A stretch of DNA of 63,398 bases, filler included, from Octopus bimaculoides (lineage: Eukaryota), in the NCBI RefSeq assembly GCF_001194135.2. It is 8 parts of 7 records of this genome, joined end to end, with 100 filler letters (N's around TTAATTAATTAA, not from the genome) between each part and the next. Parts side by side here need not be neighbours in the genome. Positions count along the whole stretch, not along the records: positions 10,137 to 39,116 come from NC_069009.1; 7 more parts are not named here. The stretch is one strand, 5' to 3'. A program made the position numbers and the translations under genes. Positions within the stretch are counted from its first letter, which is position 1. Each line of letters starts with the position of its first letter. This document shows, piece after piece, positions 12,754 to 25,049 of the stretch. The notes beneath the pieces were generated by a model. That model made no database searches. It was not told the DNA's origin and saw nothing but the letters and a program-made list of their open reading frames with translations.

Positions 12754-14440
12754 CCCCTGAATTACGAAGACATGTGAAGTCTTGAAAGAAAAGTAGCTAG
12801 AATGTTTTGCTGGATGTGCAATATCAGTGTACATGTACAACAGAGTATAAACATCTTGAGAGAAAAACTAGACATCAGAGGCATCAGATGTGATGTGCAA
12901 GAGAGAAGACTGCGCTGGTATGGCCATGTTATGTGTATGCATGAGAACAGCAGTGTAAAGAAGCGCCAATCTCTAGTGTTGTAAATATTATCAATTGCAC
13001 ATATTCAATGTATGCATTTTGTCTGTTTGCCAGTGCTATGGGGAAGTCATCCCCAGAGCATTGTAATGCAGTGAACTAGTAGAACAAGCAAAACGCATAA
13101 ATTGAATTCAATTTGACACAGGCATCATTGGGGCATACCAGCAAATTTGTATCTAGTCATAGACTGGTGATTCAGTTCAGCCCTGGTTCAATTCAGGTAT
13201 GTGATGTTGGAAAGCCACAAAAATGGCAAAATATTGGTATTCATCACTCCTGAATGGGACTGGAGGTGAGATAGCTAGTCTGTCTATGACTTTCAAGTGT
13301 TTTAATGCCAAGGGCTGGGAGAGAGTCGTCCCCAAAGAATTGTACCACAGCAAACCAGCAAAACACATACACTGAGTATGGTCGGTCGATAATGTATATA
13401 TAAATATAACATTAGAAGCACTTGGCCAAAAATAAACATCTGTATTGAACATTTGTATCTGGCTTTTGTTGACATGGAGAAAGCCTTTCACAGAGTCCTA
13501 CACTCCCTTATATGATGGACAATGTTATAAATAGATGAGTGGTTGGTGAGAGCTGTAAAAGCTGTTAGTAAGATGAGAGCTGCTAATGAGTATAGCAAGT
13601 AGTCCTCCAAGGATCCGTTTTTAGCCCCCTCTTGTTTATTGTAGTCCTCCAAGCTGGAACTGAGACTGGCTGCCCTTGAGAGCTCCTCTATGCTGTTGAC
13701 CATGTTCTTATTGCTGAATCACTATTAGAACTAGAGAAGAGATTTCAGGTATGGAAGCAAGGACTGGAATCAAAGGGCCTTAGAGTTAATTTAGCAAAGA
13801 CCAAAGTCCTGATAAGTAGGAAAACAGACAAACCACAGATCCCTTCAGGGAAATGGCCCTGTTCGATATATAGAAAAGGTGTCAGGAGAAACACCATATG
13901 GTGTACCCAGTGCAAGCTATGGACACATAAGAGGTGCAGCAGTATCACTGGAAGACTAATAGGGAAAGTAGTCTTTACATGTGGGAGATGTGCAGGTACT
14001 TTAAACACCAGGAATGTACAGACTCCCTCAAATGTCAGGAGGGATCCTTACAAGTAGTAGACAGTTTCCGCTACTTAGGTGACCAAGTTAGCAGTGGTGG
14101 AGGTTGTTCCGAAAGCATAGCTGCAAGAATAAGCAAAGTTCAGAGAGCTACTACCTCTAGTAGTAATGAAGGGTCTCTCCTTCAGTGAAAGGCAGACTGT
14201 ATGATGCCTGTGTACGAACAGCTATGCTACATGGCAGTGTGACGGACTGTGACTACTGAGGATAGGCAAAGGCTTGAAAGAAGCTAAGCTAATATGCTTT
14301 GCTGGATGGGAAATGTAAGTGTACATATACAACAGAGTGTATAAGAGGCATCAGATGTAGTGTGCAAGAGAGAAGACTGTGCTGGTACAGTCATGTAATG
14401 AATATGAAGACAGTTGCATCAAGAAGTGCATGCATGTGCA
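12754..14440 (+). mobile_element. Degenerate, rearranged RTE-clade LINE (RT and C-terminal fragments)
   Basis: Fragments QERRLRWYGHV, LAFVDMEKAF, PCSIYRKGVRRNTIWCTQCKLWTHKRCS and VVDSFRYLGDQVSSGGGCSESIAARI, with many stops. Confidence 0.85.
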
Positions 14441-14604
14441 TGTATCTGTCCCCCCACTGCTGCTTGATAACCAGTGTTGTGTTTATGTCCACATAACTTA
14501 GCTGTTCAGCAAAGAGACCAATAAAATAGGTAGAACGCTTAAAGAAAATAAAGAATAAGTGACCAATTCACTCAATGCAGTGCTCCAGCATGGCCACAGG
14601 AATG

Positions 14605-14785
14605 ACTGTGTGGTCAGAAGTTTGCTTTCCAACCACATGGTTCCAGGTTCTGTCCTAAAGCTTGACACCTTGGACAAGTGTCTTCTACTATAGCTTCAGG
14701 CTAACCAAAGCCTTGTGAGTGGATTTGGTAGACAGAAACTGAAAGAAGACCATTGTATATATAAATGTGTGTGTGTGTGTGTGAC
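14605..14785 (+). mobile_element. SINE family C (CORE-like)
   Basis: ctgtgtggtcagaag...caaccacatggttccaggttc...ccttggacaagtgtcttctactatag...gaaactgaaagaag followed by a microsatellite. Confidence 0.75.
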
Positions 14786-14806
14786 TGAGTTTTTTTTTCA
14801 AGTGGT

Positions 14807-15293
14807 GGGCCTCATAGAGGCAAAGTCACTGAGTACCTTTCGAGTGTTGGGCCTCGCAGAGGCGAGGTGGCTGAGTTCCTTTTGAGCAGGCCTCACGGAG
14901 GTGAGATGACCGAGTTCCTTTCGAATGGGCCTCATGGAGGTAGGATGGCTGAGTTCCTTTCAAGCATTAGGCCACATGGAGGCAAAGTGACTGAGCTCCT
15001 TTTGAATGTTGGGCCTCATGGAGGCAGTGACCAAGACCTTTGGCTTGAGAAGACCCATCAAGCTGAGCAAAATCGCAGTTGTGGCAGATACCGGCATTGC
15101 GCAAATGGCACCCATGCCAGTGGCACGTAAAAGCACTCATTACACTCTTGGAGTGGTTGGCGTTAGGAAGGGAATTCAGCCATAAAAAACCATGCCAAAT
15201 CAGACTGGATCCTGGTGCAGCCTTCCAGTGTGCCAGCTAAGTCAAACCGTCCAACCCATGCCAGCATGGACAACGGACGTTAAATGATGTTGA

Positions 15294-15300
<7 letters not shown>
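14807..15300 (+). mobile_element. SINE family D with a 5' array of six ~40-bp hairpin units
   Basis: Units start at ~14807, 14849, 14888, 14927, 14969 and 15011, followed by the gttggcgttaggaaggg body and a taaatgatgttgatgat tail. Confidence 0.8.
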
Positions 15301-15327
<27 letters not shown>

Positions 15328-15845
15328 GTGCATATGCCTGTGTTTATCTCCCATCCTTGCTTGACAACTATGTTGATGTATTTACATTCCCATAACTTAG
15401 CCGTTTGGTAAAAACAACAACAAAAAAAACTATAGAATAAGTATCAGGCTTTAAAAAAAAAGGATTGAGGTCGATTCATTTCACTAAAGATTCCTCAAGG
15501 CGGCACCCCAGCATGGCCGCAGTCTAAAGACAGAAAAAAGTAAAAATAGAAGATAAAAAAAAACATCATACATATGCAGATACATACATGCAAAGTGTGG
15601 GAGGGGAAGGAGGAGGATGTTGTGTCCAATTGAAAATATCGACAGAGGAATGAAAAATGAGTGAGTAGTGGCGGGAGGTAGACGTGTATACAGATAGAGG
15701 GAAAGAGAGCCGAAGATAGATAGAGAGGAAGTATAATATGAAGGAGTAAGAGGAAGACATATGATAGATTATATCAAAGGAAGTAAACAAACGAGAGATA
15801 GAGAGAGGGAGAAAGAGTATAAAATCAAGGGAAGGTGTGAAAGTG

Positions 15846-15876
<31 letters not shown>

Positions 15877-16562
15877 AGACACACACAAACATACATGGAC
15901 ACACATATGTGTATAATAACATACACATTGTGTGTAAATATGTGTGTGTGTACACACGTATATTAATAAACATATATATTTACATGCTTATATATATATA
16001 TATATATGTAAACGCATACATAGATATATACATACACACACCACTATATAAAAAAAATTATAAACATGCATAAATAAAAATGCATATACAGACATTTACA
16101 TATATGTAAATATATATATATATATTTACACACATATATGTAGTCAAACAAGTAATTTTAAACACACTCACACGCACATATAAATACACAATTTTACAAG
16201 GAAAAGGTTTTGTGATTTCGAAGTGATGGCAAGTAAGCCGACACTACGAGGTCACTATCAACTCTCTCCACATAAATAAAAAAAAAAAGGAAGCCTCATA
16301 AAAAGTATTTTTATTCCTCAATTTTATGTTCCACTGTTTATATACATGACTTAATAATAAAACAATTATGATTTATACATGCAAATACACACACATATAT
16401 ATATATAAATATATATATACACACAAGCTTTTATAAATATATATTTCTAAATACATGCATACATAGAAATAGACAAATTTGTATTTATATACATATATAC
16501 GTATTCACATTTACATATAGTTATATTTTTATACTATCTACATTTTACATACATCTTCCACA

Positions 16563-16608
<46 letters not shown>

Positions 16609-16618
16609 NNNNNNNNNN

Positions 16619-16655
<37 letters not shown>

Positions 16656-17064
16656 TCTATACATATATGCCATATAGCATATATATACCCATCCATTTTA
16701 TACATACGTGTGTGTATGTATAAATATAAAGAGACGCATGTGTATACACAAAATTAACACATGAGGTGTACAAAAATTTATGTATATACACATGGTTAGC
16801 CATACATGAATATATTAATGTTTATACACAAATCATTATATGCACACACGTATACATACATTATATATATGTATGTATATGCGCGCAGAGTTATAATAAA
16901 TATACATAAACACTCATACATATAGGTTCATGCATTAACATAGACATACATACACATTCACACCTACACTCACACTCACAGTAATGTAGCAGCTAAGAGT
17001 GCAGACATGAATTACAGGGAAACACCATGGCTATCTTATATCTACTACTACTACTACCACCTAC

Positions 17065-17133
17065 CTTACGAATACGTCGTTTCTGGATACATTCTGCTGC
17101 AAACACTCTGTCCCCCATATTCGGAAGTTCCAT
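17065..17133 (-). CDS. Pc: First coding exon of a Polycomb-type chromobox protein (CBX2/4/6/7/8-like)
   Basis: Translates to MELPNMGDRVFAAECIQKRRIRK followed by donor AAG|GTAG. It matches the N-terminus of Pc-family chromodomains (e.g. MELSAVGERVFAAE...KRRIRK) and has the same 69-nt, phase-0 exon-1 boundary as vertebrate CBX genes. Confidence 0.9.
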
Positions 17134-17229
17134 TTGTAAGAAGGCCCCTGGTCCCTTATTTTCAAAGGAGAGCAGGGAACTGGGTTTCTTTCCTTATCTT
17201 TCACCCAATTAACTCGGTTCCCTCTTGCA

Positions 17230-18230
17230 CCTTGGCTCTCACTCTCTCTCACGCTACACTCACTCTCTCTCATTCACTCACTCACACTCTCACTCACTCT
17301 GTCTATGTATGTATGTGTGTGTTAATATATGTGTAAGTTTCCTTGTCTCGAGGATTGCTTGGCTTGCTTGCCTGCTTGCCTTCGTCTCTTCTCTCTCTCT
17401 CTTTATCTCATTCATTCTCTCTATGTATATATGTTTCTTTTTCATTACATTTCTCTCTTTAATCATTTTTACCATTTCCTTTTCACTCCTCCCCATGTGT
17501 TATCTCATACTTTTTCACTCACTATACATATACATATATTTATCACTCCCTCTCTCTATGTATATTTATTTCTTTTTGATTCTGTTTTCATCTAATCCCT
17601 TCCACCATTTCTTTTTCTCTTCTGCACTTTCTCCGTTTCTTACTTTATCAAAAGATATTGGTGTATTACTCTCTCATATATATGGTTTATTCCTTTTCTC
17701 TTCCTAATCTCTTTTACCATTTCTTTTTTCCTCTCTCGTTCTCTTACATTTTCACTCACTCACTATACATATACTTATCTATCACTTTCTCTATGCCCCT
17801 CTCTGTACTTCTTTATACTTTATTTCCCTCTCTAATCACTTTTACTATTTCCTTTTCTCTCCTCCCCCTCTCTTTGTTTCCTATTTTATCTCTCACTCAC
17901 CATACGTATATTTATCTAAATATCACACTCACACTTTCCATCTACTGATATAGTTGTCTGTCGTTGTCACACACACACACACTCTTTCTATGTATCTCTT
18001 TCAGTCTTTTCCCTCCCTATTTCTTTCGCTCTTTCCTTTCCTCTCCTCCGCTTCTCTTTGTCTCGCACATTAGTCCTCACTCCCTATAATTTATCTGTCT
18101 ATCACGCACTCTCACACTCACAACATTCTCTTTCTATGTATGTATCTATCTGACACATTCCCTCCTATCTATCTTTCTCCATCCCTTACTCTCACTCTAT
18201 TGTCTAATTTTCCTTTTCCTCTCCCCCCAC
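17230..18230. repeat. CT/GA-rich low-complexity region upstream of the CBX ATG (likely 5' UTR/promoter region)
   Basis: About 1 kb of degenerate (CT)n/(CTTT)n directly upstream of the exon on the minus strand. Confidence 0.6.
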
Positions 18231-18679
18231 CCCGCTTTTCTGTTACAGTTTGAAGCGGCGCCTGCGCTTCACATGCTATTGGTGTTGATAATGACGATGA
18301 TGCTGATGAAGGTAATGGGAAGCTGCTGCTGCCGTCATCTTCGTCCTTATTGTTTTGATGATGCTCGAAGACGGGCAGTGGACTTGTGCTGCTGCTGGGA
18401 TTGACACAACTGCTGTTGCTGATGATGATGATACAACTGAAAGGCTGAGGGTAGTGGCGCGACATCCACCACTCGTCCTCCCACTCTTGTTATGGTATGT
18501 CGACTCTCAAGAAGGGAGATAATCTTTAATCTTGTATAGGTCGGAGGTAGCGACGGCGTGGTTCCATAGTTTGTGTGTATATATATATATGCATCTATGT
18601 GTGTGTGTATGTATATTTTGTGTATGTCACTAAACATCTATGTGTATGTATCTTTTATCTTTCGCTTGTTTCAATTCTA

Positions 18680-19050
18680 AGACTTGCGGCCATGCTGGGG
18701 CACCACCGTGAAGAATCTTTCGTTGAATGACTCGATCCTAGTACTTATTCTATAGGAAACCTTTTGCTGAACCACCAAGTTATAGGGACGTAAACATACC
18801 AACATCAGTTGTTACAGGCACAAAGATTGACACACACACACACAGTTGTATGTATATATGCATAGATAGATCGATAGAGATTACGACGGTCTTCTTTCAA
18901 TTTCCGTCTACCAAATCCACTCACAAGGCTTTGGTCGGTCCAAGCCTACAATAGAACACACTTGCCCAAATACAACGCAGTGGGACTGAATTCGGAGCCC
19001 TGTGATTGGGAAGTAAGCTTCTTTCCACACAGCCACATTTGCGCCTATGC
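18680..19050 (-). mobile_element. Composite C-microsatellite-B SINE
   Basis: On the minus strand: C head (ctgtgtggaaagaagcttacttccc), internal (TA)/(CA) tract, then the B module. Confidence 0.8.
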
Positions 19051-19535
19051 ATGTTAATACTGCTCGGTTCAGGCGAGAAATGATCCGACATTGGTAGTCC
19101 CCAAGTCAGTTCCTACTGATGAAAGTCGCTCCAACAACTGAGTATTTCAGTGCTTTTTTTTTTTCTTCTTTTTCTACATTATAAGTAAAATTAATATGAG
19201 TCCATCCATTTTCCTTTTCTTCTATATTTCTTTTTTGTTGGCAACGGCCGGGTGTGAGTTCATGCAATTTAACTGCTATTTCTAGCAGACTGACCACACT
19301 GTCTTCCCATGGATGGTACCAGGTTAAGTCGAACGTTGGTAGGAGACGCGGCTGCGAGACAATCACTGCTGCGGCGGCAGGCTCTCAAAGTAAGGGGAGA
19401 TAATCTATAATCCTATATGTGTGTAGGTGTGTGAGTGTGTGTAAACCTGCATGAATGTGTGTTGGTCTGCTTGGCGGGAGAGATAGGTTTTGGCATTTGG
19501 CTGGGTTTTTTTTACCTCAAGTCAGTTCTCTAGAT

Positions 19536-19830
19536 CAGTGCTTATCAACCGGGGCCCACAGTAGTATTTTTTGGGTCCATGAAAAAAATTTGCTTTAAAT
19601 ATCTTCGTCGTAAGAAACATTTAAGTTTCTTCCTCGTGTTTTACAAAGTTCTGTCGACACAGGTGAATGTGTGAGAAACGAAATAATAATTTTGAAAGAA
19701 GAGATCTATTGAATGGCTGTAGGGATCCACCAGAATAAGATAGTAATCAAAGTGGGGTCCACATAGTAAATTAGGGATCCATGGTAGTATTTTAAAGGTT
19801 CCTGAAAAAATTTTTACTTTCGATGTAAGT
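19536..19830. mobile_element. Possible hAT-type non-autonomous element
   Basis: Starts cagtgcttatcaacc, resembling the CAGTG.TT.TCAA termini of Charlie-like hATs. The other end was not confidently located. Confidence 0.35.
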
Positions 19831-19899
19831 ATTATAAGAAACAGCTTGGTTTCTTTGATGTCTTACATATTTCGACCTATGCAAGGGAATGTGTTGTAA

Positions 19900-20184
19900 A
19901 TGAAATAGGAATTTTAGCGAGATCGTTGCCAGTGCCCCTGGACTGGCTCCTGTGCGGGTGGCACATAAAATACACCATTTTGAGTGTGGCCGTTGCCAGT
20001 ACCGCCTGACTGGCCTTCGTGCGGGTGACACTCTGAGTGGTTGGCGTTAGGAAGGGCATCCAGCTGTAGAAACTCTGCCAAATCAGATTGGAGGCTGGTG
20101 TTGCCATCCTGTTTCACCAGTCTACAGTCAAATCGTCCAACCCATGCTAGCATGGAAAGCGGATGTTAAACGATGATGATGATG
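19900..20184 (+). mobile_element. SINE family D
   Basis: Internal gccagt..actggc units, gttggcgttaggaagggcatccagc, and a taaacgatgatgatg tail. Confidence 0.85.
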
Positions 20185-20243
20185 TGTCTATAGGAAAATG
20201 GTTATACACCATTAGGTGTACACCCGCTTTCCTATATTAAATC

Positions 20244-20460
20244 TGTAGAAACAACGTAACGCAGACTCTGATCCATCAACACAACAATATTTATTTACAG
20301 AGGAAATAGGTCTGTACTTCGCCTCTTGGTTGCTGACATGTGAGAGAGCTCTATTAGACGTCTGACCTCTTCACCGGCCAGCCAGAAAAGAGAATGAATA
20401 AGGGCGCCAAACTTGGATGTCCAATCACCACGCATGCGCACCAGACAAGGCGTTACTACA
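20244..20460 (-). mobile_element. Probable solo LTR (217 bp)
   Basis: TG...CA termini with an 8/9 terminal inverted match (tgtagaaac / gttactaca) and AATAAA near the 3' end on the minus strand. No TSD is evident. Confidence 0.6.
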
Positions 20461-21289
20461 TGTCTTTAAAACTAGTTTTTAAATACTGAATGACTAAGGT
20501 CATCTACTAAAATAAAATAGTAATTAAGGGGTCCATTGATAAAAAAATGTGATCAGACTTCTTATATACAAGGTTTCCAAGATTGGTAGAAGGGATGGAA
20601 GGGAGGAAAAGTGTCTCGCAAACTGAAGACGTGGCCTTGGTACAAAACTTCTCTGAGAAACCCTGGCTTAACTGGTACTTATCTTATTGATCTCAAAAGG
20701 ATGAAAAACCAAGTCAACTTTGGTGACATTTGAACATATAAAGCCAGAAGAAATGCTGCAAAACATTTTGTTCGGAGAGCGAACAATCCTGCCAGCTCAC
20801 CACATTAGGAACTGGAATAAAATAATGCATGACATACAATTCCATTTATCTGCAATCCTGGATCAATACATTTTGAAGTTTAAAAATTTTTGCAGGTGGA
20901 ATTCTGGTTTGAATACCCCATTTAACCTCTCATAACATTTTTGTTGTTTGGAATTTTCAGAAAATTTAAGCATATTTTTGTTCTACACACAGGAATTTAT
21001 ATGATTATGTAAAAAAAAAGATTTTTGAGTGTGTGTGATTTAAGGGTAATTTAGCTGTTGTTTTTAGTACATCTCGCAACCACCAAATACCTTCTTGGTT
21101 TCTTTGTCACTTTGACATGTATTGATGTTTTGTCAATATTTTTTCCCCCATAAATACATTTAATGGAATGATGATGCACCGAAAGGTGATCCATTGCTGG
21201 GATTTGAGCAAAAATTTGAGCTGTCCATATTTTAAACTGATTTAGAAAAAAAAAAATTCAAGAAATAGAGGATACATGGTGATGAGGTT

Positions 21290-21492
21290 TAACCCTTTAC
21301 TATTTGGGTTATTCTACCAAATCTAATGTTTATTAATATTGTTTTAAATTAATCATGCACTATCTTGTAGTTTAGAGACGTCAATGATGTGATTGCTTAG
21401 TTTTAGAATGACATTGTAGGGTTCAGGTGAGAGTCCAGATCTGGTCAGTTTCAACATAAAACAGGTTAAATAGTTTGAATGCTAAAGGGCTG
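21290..21492. mobile_element. piggyBac-like MITE (degenerate)
   Basis: Left end ttaaccctttac and right end gctaaagggctgaa resemble TTAA-CCC termini. Confidence 0.45.
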
Positions 21493-22124
21493 AAAAATAT
21501 TTTTAAAAATTTTCTTTTTGCGTAACTGTATGAATTCTTGTATGTAGAACACAAATTCATAAGAATTTTCTGAAAATTTTCTGAAAAAAGTTATTAGGGG
21601 TTATATGGGGTGCTTAAACCAAAAATCTGCCTTTTTTTCTGTTGACTCTCACCCAAAGAATGAATGGTAAAGTTGACCTTAGCTGGATTTGAACACAAAG
21701 TATAGTGGTTTGGAACAAATACTGGCCAGGGATTTCATCCAATGCTCATCTCCAGTCATATCCAAACTGCAGCCCATGGGTCCTTCTGAATAGCACACCT
21801 AATAAAAAATTACATTCAATATTTTAAATAGTGTGGTCGTCCTGGTGATGAGCCATATTTCATGCAGCCCACTTCTAGCAAAAGGTTGCAAATACTTTCA
21901 TAACCAGCTCTTGTAATTTGTCGCCTATGAAAAAAATCCATACCAACCATGACTAACCTTACTTTTTGAGGGAGGTGTTGGGGGTGGTCTTTTCTGTTTC
22001 ACTTTCACTTTTCAATTCCAATGGTTTTGTTCCAGTTGATTTCAAATTGGTCTCTTGATGTAATTTTGTATGCTAGTCATGGAAATGAAATCCATTTTTG
22101 CCTTAAATTAATAAATATATGTGT

Positions 22125-22290
22125 AAGCGTGGCTGTGTGGTAAGAAGCTTGCTTCCCAACAATATCGTTCCAGGTTCAGTTCCATTGTGTAGCACCTTGG
22201 GCAAGTGTGTACTACTATAGCCTTGGGCCAAGTAAAGCCTTGTGAATGGATTTGGTAGATGTAAACTGAAAGAAGCCCATTCTATATATA
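22125..22290 (+). mobile_element. SINE family C
   Basis: gcgtggctgtgtggtaagaagcttgcttccc...gcaccttgggcaagtg...aaactgaaagaagccc. Confidence 0.85.
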
Positions 22291-22292
22291 TA

Positions 22293-22604
22293 TACAGCAA
22301 TAAGAAAACGGAGGGGATTAATAGGTGGTATTCATCCACTTATAGACATTATATTTTGCCAATTTATTTATTTACTAAAAGGACAATTATAACAATACAT
22401 ATACATATATGACATATTATGTCCTACATATATGACATATTATGTCTTACATATATGACATATTATGTCCTACATATATAATATATAAAATGCAAAATAT
22501 AAAATATCAGTAATTATAAAAATATAACATATAGTAATAAAAATTGGGATAATATCTTACAGCTGAATACCACCTATTAATCCCCTCCATGTTCTTATTG
22601 CTAT
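22293..22604. mobile_element. MITE/foldback with ~43-bp inverted repeats
   Basis: cagcaataagaaaacggaggggattaataggtggtattca (22295-22334) matches its reverse complement at 22564-22602. The interior is AT-rich with three tandem catatatgacatattatgtc units and is flanked by TA. Confidence 0.7.
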
Positions 22605-22659
22605 ATAAATTAATGGTAAAATAACTTTTTACCCACACCCATTTATTACACTTGGTAAT

Positions 22660-22780
22660 GTAATTGCCATGCAATGAAAAAATACTAGTGCAATAATAAT
22701 TGGGTATTCTTCCAGCAGTATATTGGATAGATATTATCCTTTAGTGGGTTGGATTCACAACCTCTAACTTTCTTGGATTT
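22660..22780 (+). repeat. Dispersed repeat, second copy at ~59970-60090
   Basis: aataattgggtattct(t/a)ccagcagtatattggata...ggttggattcacaacc(t/c)ctaact is present at both loci. Confidence 0.8.
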
Positions 22781-22787
22781 ATATATA

Positions 22788-22958
22788 TCATCATCATCAT
22801 CGTTTAACGTCCCCTTTCCATGCTAGCATGGGTTGGACGATTTGACTGGACTGGTGGACCAGGAGGCGACACCAGGCTCCAATCTGATTTGACAGAGTTT
22901 CTACAGCTGGATGCCCTTCCTAACGCCAACCACTCCGAGAGTGTAGTGGGTGTTTTAC
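22788..22958 (-). mobile_element. SINE family D 3' part, cut by a gap
   Basis: Reverse complement of the family D body and tail. Confidence 0.85.
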
Positions 22959-23921
22959 NNNNNNNNNNNNNNNNNNNNNNNNNNNNNNNNNNNNNNNNNN
23001 NNNNNNNNNNNNNNNNNNNNNNNNNNNNNNNNNNNNNNNNNNNNNNNNNNNNNNNNNNNNNNNNNNNNNNNNNNNNNNNNNNNNNNNNNNNNNNNNNNNN
23101 NNNNNNNNNNNNNNNNNNNNNNNNNNNNNNNNNNNNNNNNNNNNNNNNNNNNNNNNNNNNNNNNNNNNNNNNNNNNNNNNNNNNNNNNNNNNNNNNNNNN
23201 NNNNNNNNNNNNNNNNNNNNNNNNNNNNNNNNNNNNNNNNNNNNNNNNNNNNNNNNNNNNNNNNNNNNNNNNNNNNNNNNNNNNNNNNNNNNNNNNNNNN
23301 NNNNNNNNNNNNNNNNNNNNNNNNNNNNNNNNNNNNNNNNNNNNNNNNNNNNNNNNNNNNNNNNNNNNNNNNNNNNNNNNNNNNNNNNNNNNNNNNNNNN
23401 NNNNNNNNNNNNNNNNNNNNNNNNNNNNNNNNNNNNNNNNNNNNNNNNNNNNNNNNNNNNNNNNNNNNNNNNNNNNNNNNNNNNNNNNNNNNNNNNNNNN
23501 NNNNNNNNNNNNNNNNNNNNNNNNNNNNNNNNNNNNNNNNNNNNNNNNNNNNNNNNNNNNNNNNNNNNNNNNNNNNNNNNNNNNNNNNNNNNNNNNNNNN
23601 NNNNNNNNNNNNNNNNNNNNNNNNNNNNNNNNNNNNNNNNNNNNNNNNNNNNNNNNNNNNNNNNNNNNNNNNNNNNNNNNNNNNNNNNNNNNNNNNNNNN
23701 NNNNNNNNNNNNNNNNNNNNNNNNNNNNNNNNNNNNNNNNNNNNNNNNNNNNNNNNNNNNNNNNNNNNNNNNNNNNNNNNNNNNNNNNNNNNNNNNNNNN
23801 NNNNNNNNNNNNNNNNNNNNNNNNNNNNNNNNNNNNNNNNNNNNNNNNNNNNNNNNNNNNNNNNNNNNNNNNNNNNNNNNNNNNNNNNNNNNNNNNNNNN
23901 NNNNNNNNNNNNNNNNNNNNN

Positions 23922-23959
<38 letters not shown>

Positions 23960-24043
23960 ATATACATATGTATATATATATAGGGAAATGTGTTGTTGAA
24001 AATGCACCTAAATTTCAAAAAACTCGTAATTGTTTAAAATATA

Positions 24044-24049
24044 TTTATT
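24044..24049 (-). terminator. Candidate polyadenylation signal of the Ig-like gene
   Basis: AATAAA on the minus strand ~310 nt after the stop codon. Confidence 0.35.
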
Positions 24050-24355
24050 TCCATATATATAATAGTTAAAATTAAATTGGTAAACGATATTATGAGAAGA
24101 CGATAGTTGATACACAGTAAGATGGAATGTCAGAGTCGTAATCAGTGTGTAAGGATTCGTTCTTTGTTGATAGCCATTATGTAAAGATGAAAGAAGTTAT
24201 GTTGAAAATATCTTGCCTCGTTGGGTTGGTTATAAAATTTAAGGTAGAATTTTTCTTTGTACAGTTTTGTGTACATGTTCTCTTAGCAGATAGAATGATG
24301 TTGTAAGAGAACAGATATAGAGCTAGTGAAAGTTGTAGGGTTGTGGGATGTTGTC

Positions 24356-24642
24356 TTACAGTTGCTGACAGTAAGTTTCATTTCTCTTGCTGGCCATTGT
24401 CTTTAGTAGCTGCTGGGCTTCATTGGTGGTACTGTTTTTCAATTTTTTATGGAAAAAAGAAACAATCCTTTTTGTAAGATTTCCTTGAATTCCTTTGGAC
24501 TTGTACCAAAAGTAAATCATGATGAACGTACCAAGGAAGACTGCAGCAAGGATGACTATGCCAAAGCTCATTGCAAAACGTTCAACTTTGCTGTATGTTC
24601 CTGATATAGCAACATCAAAACCTTTTGTTGTTGTTTTGTTAT
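24356..24642 (-). CDS. Ig-like receptor gene, last coding exon (stalk, TM helix, cytoplasmic tail)
   Basis: Acceptor ttcatttttgcag|AT in phase 1. Encodes (D)NKTTTKG...FAMSFGIVILAAVFLGTFIMIYFWYKSKG...ETYCQQL*, with a clear TM helix followed by basic residues. Confidence 0.85.
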
Positions 24643-25049
24643 CTGCAAAAAATGAAAAGTAAAGCATATATCTTTTGTTTTTGATTAAAAAAATAGTAAT
24701 ATTTTCCAGGGTTAGCCATTTTCATACCAACCTGCTCAAAAATGCTTTTTTTTTTTTATGATACAAATTCCCTGTTTTAAATTGATTTAAAATCTTCTAT
24801 CAAAATTTCAAGTAAATTTATATTCTAAATACCAGCTAATTGCTTTTATGAATTTCAAAATTCATTGAAACAAAGGCAATGTATTTTAATGGAAATATGG
24901 TAAGAAAAAGGTTAACACACACCAGTATCCTAGACTACTATATCTAAAAGATTAGATGTTACCCTTCAGATCAGTCTGTCATTTAGTGAAGTTACGTGGC
25001 ATTAGCAAAGTTAACATGTATTTTCTTCTTTCTAGCACAAAAATGGATG

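Noticed and set aside
14807-15045. CRISPR-like appearance of the hairpin array
   Set aside because: The inter-repeat segments are homologous to each other, there are no cas genes, and the context is a eukaryotic SINE.
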